A DNA stretch of 64,000 bases, from positions 419 to 64,418 of IMG/VR virus record IMGVR_UViG_3300032084_001540; one strand, written 5' to 3'. The notes under the pieces are model-generated. The model was not told where the DNA came from and did no database searches. It saw nothing but the letters and a program-made list of their open reading frames with translations. Source of the DNA: a virus. Its lineage: Duplodnaviria; Caudoviricetes. Both the position numbers and the translations under genes were made by a program. The first letter of the stretch is position 1. Each line of letters starts with the position of its first letter. Positions 18,701 to 28,000 of the stretch are shown here, in pieces.

Positions 18701-20477
18701 CAGTACCACCAGAACCATTTCCAAATGTCATGAAATCATTTGTTGTATTTCTAGCATTTTCATAGATAGCATTATCAGCACCCCTTCTACCAACTTGTGA
18801 TGATGGGACAGGTGCTTGCATCGATGCAGAAAAACTTCCGCTAACGTCATAGATGACAATTTGATCACCAATCTTAATATCAGAAAGGAATTTTGAACCA
18901 GAACCAGATAACTGTGACTGATTACTAACAGTAGAAACGCCAACAGTACCAGTTCCTTGCTTCAAACCACTAACGTGTTTGAACTTAAATTGATGGAATT
19001 GTGTTTTTGCAACATGAGCAGAACTAGTGAGATCAATGGTTGTGCCTGCAGATGCGTCTGCTGAGGAACCTGCAAGAGAGAAATAGTCCTGACCTTTAGA
19101 TACGGTGAAGTATACATCACCCTTGTTCAATCCGTCTAGTGCTGTATTTGCAGTGCCAGTAGTTCCATATTCATTTAGATTTGGTTCATAAATCAACATC
19201 TGACCTTCAATAAATCCATGATTCGGAGAATAGAATGGAGATCCAGTGATAGCAGTGGTAATACCAGTGGCAGCAGAAGCAACATAAACAGTTAGAGATT
19301 GCTCAGAAACTGTTGTAGTTGAAGCCACAGATACAGTAGTGTCATTCAATACTTCATTAATATTGTATGTGTCATCAGCAACGCCATCTCTAGTACCAAA
19401 GAGATAAACTGGGAAACTTGTAGATAGTGGATTTTTAGTTTGTGTTTTGATAAAAATCTCACTTCCTGGAGAAGATCCACCATCAGTAAAAGCACCAATG
19501 ATTGAACTTACCTTATGATTACTTCCGCTACCACCGCTGAGAGAAATTCTAGATCCATCTTTAGAAGTTGAGAGAGCAAAAGTATTGGAAGTAATATAAT
19601 CAACATAATATAGACCTCTAGAATCAATGCCAACAATGTCAGCACCGCCACCGTGAGTATATTGAACTATATCATTATTAACAAGTCCATGATTAGACTT
19701 AGTAATAATGTTTTCATTAAGGTCTGTTGATGGAGTAAATGTGACCTGAACAGATGTATTGAATAGTTTTAGGTCGGAGATACTAAAAAATTCTCCAACG
19801 TATACTTGAGTATATGGTTCTTTGGCGTTTGCGTAGTCTTCGATACTTGGGTTCGATAGTTTAAACTTGAATGTATTGATACCAACAAGACTATCAACAA
19901 CAAATGCACCATCAACTGCGTTATCTTTAGTTGCTCTGATGTCAATTGGAAATCCAACAGAAAGTCCATGAGACGATGCTGTTGAGACTGTAACAACAGT
20001 AGAACCAGATTCAACTGCAATTGTTTCTACATCTGAGATGAGAGAGTCTGTTCTAGTAAAGAATAGAGGAATATTTTCTACAAGTTCAATAGTTTCCCAT
20101 TTAGTTGTCTGTGGACCATACTCAAAGTCCGTATCAACCAGAGTGTTAGGATTAGATACACGAATCTTACTAACTGGGTCAATCAGTGCTTCGACAGGTT
20201 CAAATTCTACAGATGCCTTATCGTAGTAGATTTGAAGCTCATCGCTGTCTGACATCCCTGTGGTGTCATATACGAGAACAATAGTAGTGTCGCCAGTATT
20301 ATCATCATACGATACTGAAGATGCTCCAAGATTTACATTGGAGAAATTATAGATGATCTTACCATCAGTTACATTTGTAATGAGAAGTAATTCTTTTTGC
20401 GAGATAAATTCATCTCGAATAATGATGGTCTTCTCAGATGCATCGAATGTGTAGTTAAAGAGTAACTTCTTTGACAT
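15786..20477 (-). CDS. large virion structural protein
   Basis: 1563 aa; repeated HG(L/F)xxG beta-domains typical of cyanomyovirus tail and baseplate proteins. Confidence 0.75.
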   Translation of the reverse strand: MSKKLLFNYTFDASEKTIIIRDEFISQKELLLITNVTDGKIIYNFSNVNLGASSVSYDDNTGDTTIVLVYDTTGMSDSDELQIYYDKASVEFEPVEALIDPVSKIRVSNPNTLVDTDFEYGPQTTKWETIELVENIPLFFTRTDSLISDVETIAVESGSTVVTVSTASSHGLSVGFPIDIRATKDNAVDGAFVVDSLVGINTFKFKLSNPSIEDYANAKEPYTQVYVGEFFSISDLKLFNTSVQVTFTPSTDLNENIITKSNHGLVNNDIVQYTHGGGADIVGIDSRGLYYVDYITSNTFALSTSKDGSRISLSGGSGSNHKVSSIIGAFTDGGSSPGSEIFIKTQTKNPLSTSFPVYLFGTRDGVADDTYNINEVLNDTTVSVASTTTVSEQSLTVYVASAATGITTAITGSPFYSPNHGFIEGQMLIYEPNLNEYGTTGTANTALDGLNKGDVYFTVSKGQDYFSLAGSSADASAGTTIDLTSSAHVAKTQFHQFKFKHVSGLKQGTGTVGVSTVSNQSQLSGSGSKFLSDIKIGDQIVIYDVSGSFSASMQAPVPSSQVGRRGADNAIYENARNTTNDFMTFGNGSGGTAAEPTTANGGPWVIGEIIDYRGFSTGSQAQENFDYTGKRYRDANNRFTTGSSHSNMPGISTSLYYLHSVSGDGQSFRMSFNPALTDFVNVTSSTVKTYKTRLRRWLIDSRKDIISINDHGFSSGNQVLYEVASGGNPINGLTDGKTYEVLRYTNNTFGLKHLAGQGTGTTGDTVEVATTDMSTVANDHKFTVSGVTAGTRYQREISAVASDTIATMDADISSGLSTGTNFFIPTRLVPRSEGYAQHRPFDGGMEIATNQPFKGAQMIRQTRKYFRYQSGKGLQISFAVNFKPPTDIDLIGYPRQAIAEAVPGSGSTTLLALDSTVGFGTTGIVKIDSEEFYYSGINSLGLTIAARAQNGTSESAHTVGTQAFGISSESMSGVGVGSFYRGLVKYKFPHGISSISDYAMPSIVTIGATVASGFNVYGGDQELKVIEVYDPRTLAVSLGTSEATQLTSSGLVRSYVPNWTGSALRSGMFDFQNGMYFEFDGTQIFFVRRNSTVKLSGKVSGTKGSNIISGTDTRFSEQLIIGDKIVLRGTTYKIQNINSDSEIEITPEFRSESVGGIIPIKTEELRVPQTEWNIDRMDGSGPSGYVLELSRIQMAYIDYSWYGAGTIRFGFKDTNGKVKYAHRMIHNNKEVIAYFRSGNLPSRYEVENTSSSNYAPRLAHWGVSVIMDGQFEDDQAYLFNKTSRKIFPTGEQDSATVINTFYGTLGENLTNSETTIDVRTNQAPNYFDNVDSTYTLYVGDELVTFTSITSDGTFTTQAGTFFKKYKLNGCTRGAGTSSAATHFQRASIELSNSANIGGKLSAFESIEFPILSVRLAPSVDSGVAGLFGQRDIINRMQLQLQRIDMVASKECSIDLRLNTRLGNSFDDFTGNDLPSISQFLLHNASGSDVVKGGDKIFGINLDTNRVTSDLTALAPLGNSIVGGNLTFPEGPDILTVVAKIDVEDWTIGTDYVYCTLNWTESQA

Positions 20478-20478
20478 T

Positions 20479-20898
20479 TCAGAAACCTAAAGCGATTGTG
20501 AGAGCGGTAAGATAATCAGTGTAACTATTGCCGTCAAGAAAATAATCACCGTTGGTATTTATATTCCCTTGAGCAGTAATGATGCCAGTGACGCTTAAAT
20601 CACCATTCAATGTTTGATTTGAGTTACGTCCCATGACATCAGCAACTCTGAAGTCTTCGATAACAGCAAATTCAATGATATCTCCTAACGTAGCAGGAGA
20701 TGTAAGTGTGCAAGAAGAACCGTCTAAAGCAGTATAATCTACACCAGTTACAAGTTTTACACCGTTTCTATAGACATCAAGGTGTGGGACTTTATATCCA
20801 CTAGTTACAGTAAATACTGTCTGACCTGCTGTCGCAGTAACATTTAATCTTGCGGATTGATTATTGTTAGTAATCCTAATTGGGTTTCCGATTCCCAT
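20479..20898 (-). CDS. fibre-associated structural protein
   Basis: TATAGQTVF...VYRNGVKL..G.DYTA module shared with the N-terminus of 7789-10560; CTAAATA at 20935-20941. Confidence 0.7.
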   Translation of the reverse strand: MGIGNPIRITNNNQSARLNVTATAGQTVFTVTSGYKVPHLDVYRNGVKLVTGVDYTALDGSSCTLTSPATLGDIIEFAVIEDFRVADVMGRNSNQTLNGDLSVTGIITAQGNINTNGDYFLDGNSYTDYLTALTIALGF

Positions 20899-20943
20899 TG
20901 CTGGCACTCCCTGCAACGACCGTTAGCTAAAAACTATTTAGCA

Positions 20944-23613
20944 TTATCCTTCTACTGAAGTTTGATCCTCTGTTCCTCTATCTGGATAAACTCTATATTT
21001 AGTAGTTTTGCCATCAAGACCCCAAACAATTCTTACGGCACCAACGCCTCCTTTTTTGAATTTTGAACCCTGGAAGTTTTTGTTAGAGACTGGACCGCCT
21101 CCACCATATTTTCCTCCACCAATCGTAGTGCCATCATCTCCACCAGATCCACCCTGACCATTATTTTCATACTTACTATCACTGCCGTCAGATCCAGCAG
21201 TCTGGCCAGCACCAGATTCTCCTTCTCCAAGAAGTCCAACACCACCACCACCGCGTCCAGTAGTGCCGAGAACACCGCCGCCACCACCGCCGCCACCGCT
21301 ACCTTTTTCCTGACGACCAGATCCTGCAATTGATTCATATTCGTCACCTTCACCCATGCCGCCGTTGCCACTATATCCAGCAGCTCCGCCACCGCCACCA
21401 CCGTCATTAGAACCACGCTTGTTGCCACCTTTACCACCTACTCCACCACCATCTCTCTCAACACCACCACTTATTCCTAATTTTGGTCCATCTTTAGGTT
21501 GACTACCAGGACCAGATTCACCACCTCCTCCAAGTAAAAGAATAGAACTAGTTGTAAATTTCTTATCCTTTCTCCTTTCAATCATACTGTTTTGAGCAGA
21601 ACCGCCAGCGGTGATTCTTAAAATCTCTCCTGGAGTTACTTTCATTGTACCATACGAGAGACCTCCACCAGATCCTGCCCATCCACCATCGGATTCTCCA
21701 TCACCACCACCGCCAACACAAACAGCAGAGATTTGTCTAACACCAGTAGGAACTTTCCATTGTGTTACCAGACTTCCGTTTGATTTTCCTTCAAAAACAA
21801 CTTGACCACGAGGTTCTACAACTGACTTGCCTTCATCGTCGCCAACATCATCATTCTTTTTCTTGCATGGGAATGGATAATCAATGAATGGAGAGATCCA
21901 ATCCTCTCTTATCATTTTTAATTCAACATTGAATATTCCAGCAGCTGCACATTTTTCAAAGAACAAATCAATTGATGCTGCTACCGTTGATCTCCTCATA
22001 CTACCAGAAGTATCAATAGAAAGAAGAAGAGTAGTGGAGTTATCTAAACATTGAACGTTTGCGATTTCAAACCAATCCGTTGCATTAGAAGATTTTCCAC
22101 CATCTCTATTAACTTCATGATAGAACGCTTTATCGTCATCTTCAAAATTTTCTGGAATAAACATATCAGATTTCTTTCTTCTGCTACCTTTCGGTTGAAG
22201 TAAGTGGAAAGTTCTATTTGGCCAACACTTTCTAAATTCTTCCCATCTCTGAAAGGCTACTCCATCACCAGATATATTAGATCTTAGTGATTCATCAGCA
22301 ACTGCAATACAAATTGAATCCGCAGTAGAACTAGAAAATTCTACAAATCTAATTTTTGTTCTTCCATATCTACTAGTGCCACCTCCTGATGAAGTTAAAA
22401 CCAAAGATGCTGACGAACTGTCGTACCAACCAGCACCGCCTCCGCCACCACTACCTTGACCCGTTGTGCCAGCGTTACCTCCGATGGATCCTGTTCCTCC
22501 TCCACCTCCATCACGCTTTAGTTTACTTTTCTTTTTATCAGTATTCGCCCTTCCGCCATTATTAGCACCTTCATATTCACTATATCTTGAAAAATCAATT
22601 TTTTTATTGATTACAGAACCCTTAAGAAGTTCACCTCCTTTAGGTCCAGTTGCATTTCCAATAGCAGTATATTTGGATTTCGATCCTTTCTTTGTATATT
22701 CTTTGTGTGGAAAAACTGGGTGCAGTGCTTTGGGTTTTTTGCCACCAGCTCCAGCACCTTTACCTCTTCCTGCACCGCCACTACTGCCCAATCCACCACC
22801 ATCACCACCTCTTCCAAGAGTTCCACCGCCACCGCCACCGCCTGAAACAGCGATAACTCTACCTCCACGATAGAACATTGTTCCACCCCCACCAGATCCA
22901 GCAGTCGGACCACCATTGCCACCACCACCAGAGTTTAAGTTTGGACCCCCCTGTGCTCCTCTACCTGGATATCCCATCTTAACAGAATGGACAACACCTC
23001 TTCGTAGAGTGTACTTTATAGTTCCACTTCCACCAGCACCACCTAATTGTCCTTTATCAGATTTTTCTCCTGGAGAACCCTCTAGAGTTACTTCTACTAC
23101 GATATCATTTTCCTTTGCATAAAAGAAAACCATTCCAGCAGTAGGTGGACCAACTTCATAAAATGTATCTTCTAAGTTTACATCATATCTTATTGCATTA
23201 TCGGGCAATCCGAAGATTTGACCTTCAGTTGCTAAATCAATTGTTTCTGATTTTACCCAAGTAGGTCTTTTTTTAGAACTTTTTTCAAAAAATTGTTCTG
23301 TTCTCTTGTTTGGTTTAACAGACCCAAGAGGTAATTCAATAACACGAAGTAAATTTCTTCCTGGAATGAACACCACTTCAATGGAATTTGTTACTACTGC
23401 ATCACCCTCTGAGTGAGTAACTAGAACATCATAAGTTCCCGACTCGGTTGTTGTGATAAGAGAAGCACCAGCAGCACCAGTGTCAGTAGCAAAAACTTCC
23501 CCATCCTTTCTCCAATTATAGGTGAGTTGATTTTCTGTATTATCTGATACGTTTGCTTGACAACTGAGGACGACTACAACGCCCTCTCTAAATGACTTTT
23601 TAATGTCTGCCAT
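20944..23613 (-). CDS. glycine-rich tail protein with Ig-like N-terminus and VWA-like insert
   Basis: LTYNWRKDG...SGTYDV Ig-like segment; two GGGGG-rich domains; SIDTSGSM (DxSxS). Confidence 0.7.
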   Translation of the reverse strand: MADIKKSFREGVVVVLSCQANVSDNTENQLTYNWRKDGEVFATDTGAAGASLITTTESGTYDVLVTHSEGDAVVTNSIEVVFIPGRNLLRVIELPLGSVKPNKRTEQFFEKSSKKRPTWVKSETIDLATEGQIFGLPDNAIRYDVNLEDTFYEVGPPTAGMVFFYAKENDIVVEVTLEGSPGEKSDKGQLGGAGGSGTIKYTLRRGVVHSVKMGYPGRGAQGGPNLNSGGGGNGGPTAGSGGGGTMFYRGGRVIAVSGGGGGGGTLGRGGDGGGLGSSGGAGRGKGAGAGGKKPKALHPVFPHKEYTKKGSKSKYTAIGNATGPKGGELLKGSVINKKIDFSRYSEYEGANNGGRANTDKKKSKLKRDGGGGGTGSIGGNAGTTGQGSGGGGGAGWYDSSSASLVLTSSGGGTSRYGRTKIRFVEFSSSTADSICIAVADESLRSNISGDGVAFQRWEEFRKCWPNRTFHLLQPKGSRRKKSDMFIPENFEDDDKAFYHEVNRDGGKSSNATDWFEIANVQCLDNSTTLLLSIDTSGSMRRSTVAASIDLFFEKCAAAGIFNVELKMIREDWISPFIDYPFPCKKKNDDVGDDEGKSVVEPRGQVVFEGKSNGSLVTQWKVPTGVRQISAVCVGGGGDGESDGGWAGSGGGLSYGTMKVTPGEILRITAGGSAQNSMIERRKDKKFTTSSILLLGGGGESGPGSQPKDGPKLGISGGVERDGGGVGGKGGNKRGSNDGGGGGGAAGYSGNGGMGEGDEYESIAGSGRQEKGSGGGGGGGGVLGTTGRGGGGVGLLGEGESGAGQTAGSDGSDSKYENNGQGGSGGDDGTTIGGGKYGGGGPVSNKNFQGSKFKKGGVGAVRIVWGLDGKTTKYRVYPDRGTEDQTSVEG

Positions 23614-25010
23614 TATAGTCCAACGAATTGAAATCTTGCGGATCCATCACCACCATCACTTCCATCGGCAGAGGTTCCTCCACCTAAAGATCCACTGATG
23701 CAGAATTTAGTTCTGGTGACAATATCTTTATTTAGATAACCTGAGCCACCTCCACCACCACCTTCAAAGATAGCAACGTTACCAGCTTTTCCACTATCTC
23801 CACCATACCAACCAGCGCCGCCTCCTCCACCTGACATTTTTCCAGTAACATTTGTTCCGCCACCATATAGTTTTCCACCATCCTTTCTGCCACCAAAACC
23901 AGATCTTGTTTGTGTTCCACCACCACCACCTCTTGATGGTGCATTTTTAGCATTTCCTCCAATTAAACCACCACCATTACCACCTTGTCCATCTTCGTCA
24001 GAGTTACGACGACCAGATCCTGATCCACCACCGCCTCCAGCGATTAAAATAGCATTGTTTGTATTAACTTCTCCTTCAAAAATACCACTATAACCACCAC
24101 CAGCACCACCATCTTCTGTTCCAGACCATCCACCACCTGGATAACCACCTTGAGCGATTGGTTGCCCACTTGCTTTACCTTTTCCTCTTTCTCCACCTGC
24201 TGCAACAATTAAAGTATACTCAATGCCTTTCTTGAGAGTAAATTGCCCCTGAGCACCTCCACCAGTTCCGCCTTTTCTTTTAGAAACAGATCCATCAGGA
24301 TCCTGATTATCATTAAATGCCAAGAACTTTCCAGTGTTGGGTGTATTAGAACTACCACCAGCAGCACCGCCACCACCACCAACTAAAAATACTTGCAATT
24401 TGATATCTGATCTTGGAGTTACTATATAAGTCCCTCTTTGAATTCCAAAATTCAGAACCTTTCCATCAAGTTCAAAGTTCCATGATGTAATAGTTCCACC
24501 AATAGCAGGAGAGACAGAAATAGTATTGTCAAGATCTTCTGTCACGGAATCTGGTTGAGTTATAACACTGATAAGTGGTTTAACTTGCAAATTAACAATA
24601 GTAGAATTCAGGGGAGAATTAACTGCCCTTGGTGCAAAAGTAGAAACTCCAGATTGAGCGACATTAAAAGATCTAGAGTCTGGATAAAATATAGCTTGCT
24701 GAAAATAATTTGTATCATCAGAATCACTATTCAAATTACTTAGGGATAGTGATTCTCCTGAACCAACAATTGCATCTCTAGTAACTCCTCCACCAAAATC
24801 TCTGTCTTTTTGATACCAAACATATCCAATTGTACCTACACCAGCACTATACCCAGAAGGATATACGACTGTTGCAATCCCAGTAAAAGACACCGATCCG
24901 CTGAATCCAATGGAAGCGGATGGTGACTCTGGTTGTGTTTGATAGACTAGAGATGGTCTGTTAATATCAACATAAGAGTTGAAATGTCTGAATCCTACTG
25001 CCAAACTCAT
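23613..25010 (-). CDS. glycine-rich tail protein
   Basis: Ig-like N-terminal part; AGGGGG...GGGGSGY domain. Confidence 0.7.
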   Translation of the reverse strand: MSLAVGFRHFNSYVDINRPSLVYQTQPESPSASIGFSGSVSFTGIATVVYPSGYSAGVGTIGYVWYQKDRDFGGGVTRDAIVGSGESLSLSNLNSDSDDTNYFQQAIFYPDSRSFNVAQSGVSTFAPRAVNSPLNSTIVNLQVKPLISVITQPDSVTEDLDNTISVSPAIGGTITSWNFELDGKVLNFGIQRGTYIVTPRSDIKLQVFLVGGGGGAAGGSSNTPNTGKFLAFNDNQDPDGSVSKRKGGTGGGAQGQFTLKKGIEYTLIVAAGGERGKGKASGQPIAQGGYPGGGWSGTEDGGAGGGYSGIFEGEVNTNNAILIAGGGGGSGSGRRNSDEDGQGGNGGGLIGGNAKNAPSRGGGGGTQTRSGFGGRKDGGKLYGGGTNVTGKMSGGGGGAGWYGGDSGKAGNVAIFEGGGGGGSGYLNKDIVTRTKFCISGSLGGGTSADGSDGGDGSARFQFVGL

Positions 25011-28000
25011 GAGAAGTTCTGCCCTCCAGTAACGCCGTAGAGTGATGCTCCACCATCAAAAGTGAAGAATGAGTAAATGTCTTCTTGATTAACTCCAACA
25101 GAAACCTGAGGAACAATTCCATTTGACCAGTATACTGGAATGATATTACCATCAGCATCTTTGAAAGAGTCGATTCCTACTTGATGTCCAATAGCATCTT
25201 GAACGACCTTGACAGTAAAGTTGCTTGCCTCTCCTGGTGGATTTGAAAGTTGGAAGTTAGTGACAGCATCAACAACTGAAAGTGTAAATGTATTTGCTTG
25301 GTCAAGTTCAATAGAAACAACATTGTTGACGATAGAAGTTGGATGAGCTGGTTGGAAATGAGATTTAAATCTCACTCTTCCATCAACGTCAAGATCTGCG
25401 CGAGTTCCTGAAGTTCCAACGCCTACATGTCCTGTGCTACCAGCACTGATAGCAGTTGTATTACCTTGTCCAACATATAGAGATTCACTTGCAGTCACAA
25501 TACCTGCAAAGATTGTGCCGATACCAGAACTGCCATCAAGACTGAACTGAGTTGAGATAAACTGCCCACCAATGTCAAGTAAACCTTGCGGATTTGGTTT
25601 CAGGATGCCAACACGTCCGTTAGTATCAACACCAACAAATTCAGTTGTAAATCCAGACTTGATGACAAATGCTTTATCGGTGCTAGTTGTTGATAGTCCA
25701 ATGCTCAGACTTGCATCTGGTTGCGTACTACCAATACCAACGAATCTATCCGCAATAGTATGAACACCAATCTTAGCACCACCAACCGTGTCATTAGGAA
25801 CCCATAGTGAATCATTTGGAAGATTGTTAATCCTGGAACCATCACCGTAAAGGTATGTGGTAGCAGTGATAAATCCTGCAGCAAAGATATTATTTGCAAC
25901 GTGAAGATCGAAGTCTGGTCGCGTGGTGCCGATACCTAGTGAACCGCCGATGGCAACAATCAAACCATCTCTTTGTGCTGCATCATATCCAGCACTGTAT
26001 TCTTCTACATTATCGAGACCAATAACAAGTTCAGCAGCACCAGGGCCAGCAGCAGATGCGATTCCAAGTCTATCAAGTTGAGAGACATTCTCAGTGGATG
26101 ATGTGCTGACATTAGCAAATCGATACCAGTCGTTATCTACAGTGTAGACCCAACCAGCATATCCACCAGCACTAGGACTTGCGAAGAACTTAACATCACC
26201 TGGAGAACCAGCAATCGTTGGTGTGGTTGTAGATATGCCAACATTTCTAGAGATTGTAGCATCTCCCTGAATGAAGATTGAGTTAGCTTCAATGCCATTC
26301 TTACCATTGAAGGTTACTTTCTTGCTGAAGACAACAGGACCATCAAACTCAGAGAGAATGTCACTATCCTCACCACCAGTAACAGAGATCTTTCTGGTTA
26401 CATTAACTTCGTCTGGAGTCAGGATATCAAATCCCACTTCCTCTTCACCAAGAGTAATGTTCTCACCCTTGACTGTAGGAACTGGTGTATTGAAAGTTTC
26501 ATCTTTACCAGTTTGAGGATTGGTCTTAACATTTCCAATGTAGAAATTACCTTCATTGTCCATGCCTGTATAGACATTCTTACCACCATCCCTATCTACA
26601 GATTGTGATAAGAGTCTCTCTACACCAGAGAGAACTTTATCCTGTTTACTTGGTAGAGATGTTGAATAGTTGCCAGGACCAAATCCAAGATATTCAAATG
26701 TATGTCCAGAGGATCTGTTGAGAGATACTCTCCTCACCTCAGATGGAATTACTTTAATCTTTCTTATCGTAGAATTAACTTGGTGTGAAGATGATTTAGT
26801 TCCAAGAGTGCCTCTAAACACAGAAGATCCAGAATCGTTAGAGATTCTCATAATTTCATCATCAACAATGATGAAGTCTCCTTTTCTCAGACCAGAAGAA
26901 CTGAAGTTAGTGACAGAAATTGTAGTTGCTGATGTATTTGGAATAGTTGCAGCAAGAGTTGTAGTAATTCCAGCATAAATTGGAACCATTCTACCACCAG
27001 TGTTCTCTTCATTATTGGTGATATTACCATCTTGTGCTGCAAATCCTGTTCTAAGAACTTTTGAATCACTATCAAGCAATGTAGCAACAAACGGCAGCTC
27101 AGAACCAACACCAATTCTTGTAGTAAATGTTGTTACACCAACAACATCAAGAACTGGCACATCGTTATTGAATGTAGTTGCAGCAGTACCAACAATTCTA
27201 ATAACATTGTTTGCCGTCAATCCATGATTGCCTCCAGATGTAATAGTAGCAACACCAGACCGAGGATCATATGTAATTGAATTGATACCAACTGATTGTC
27301 CAGTTACAGATGCACTAGCATCAGATACAATTGTAGATCCAAGACTAGTTACGCAATTGATTACGGAGCTTGCAGAAGATACTCGAATGCTTCTGGTTGT
27401 GATTCCTGTAATCTGATACAGTTCATTATATCCTCTATATGATTCTGACTTAATACCACTAATTCTGATGCCATCACCATAGTTGGTGTTAATACCAGTG
27501 ACCTGAACTGATGCCTGAGCAAATCCAGTTGTTGTAATACCACTAATCAGGTTAGCAGTTTGTCCAATTCCCCATGCACTACCAGCATCAGTAATTGTTA
27601 CATTTGTAATTCCACCAACAGCATCAACAGTGACTTTAGCAAGAGCATTAATACCAACATCATTACCAACTAGTTCGACATTGAACACATCACCAGCAGA
27701 ACCACTACCGTATCCAGCACCAGAGCTAGCAATACTTACAGCAGTGACACCATTTAGACCATGATCAGGTCTTACCCACAAAGTATGACCAGTACCAGTC
27801 ACCACATTACTATGAATATTAGTAAGAGCAATACCAACACCAGAATCTTTCCAGAACTTAATTGCAGTCTCTTTAGTAATACTCTTGGTCAGATCATTAG
27901 TTACAACCTTACCAATCAAACCACTTTTAGCAAAACTTTTAGATTCAGTAGGATCAGAAGTTGGATTGTCTCTATCAACTTGTGGGAAGAGATCTGAAAC

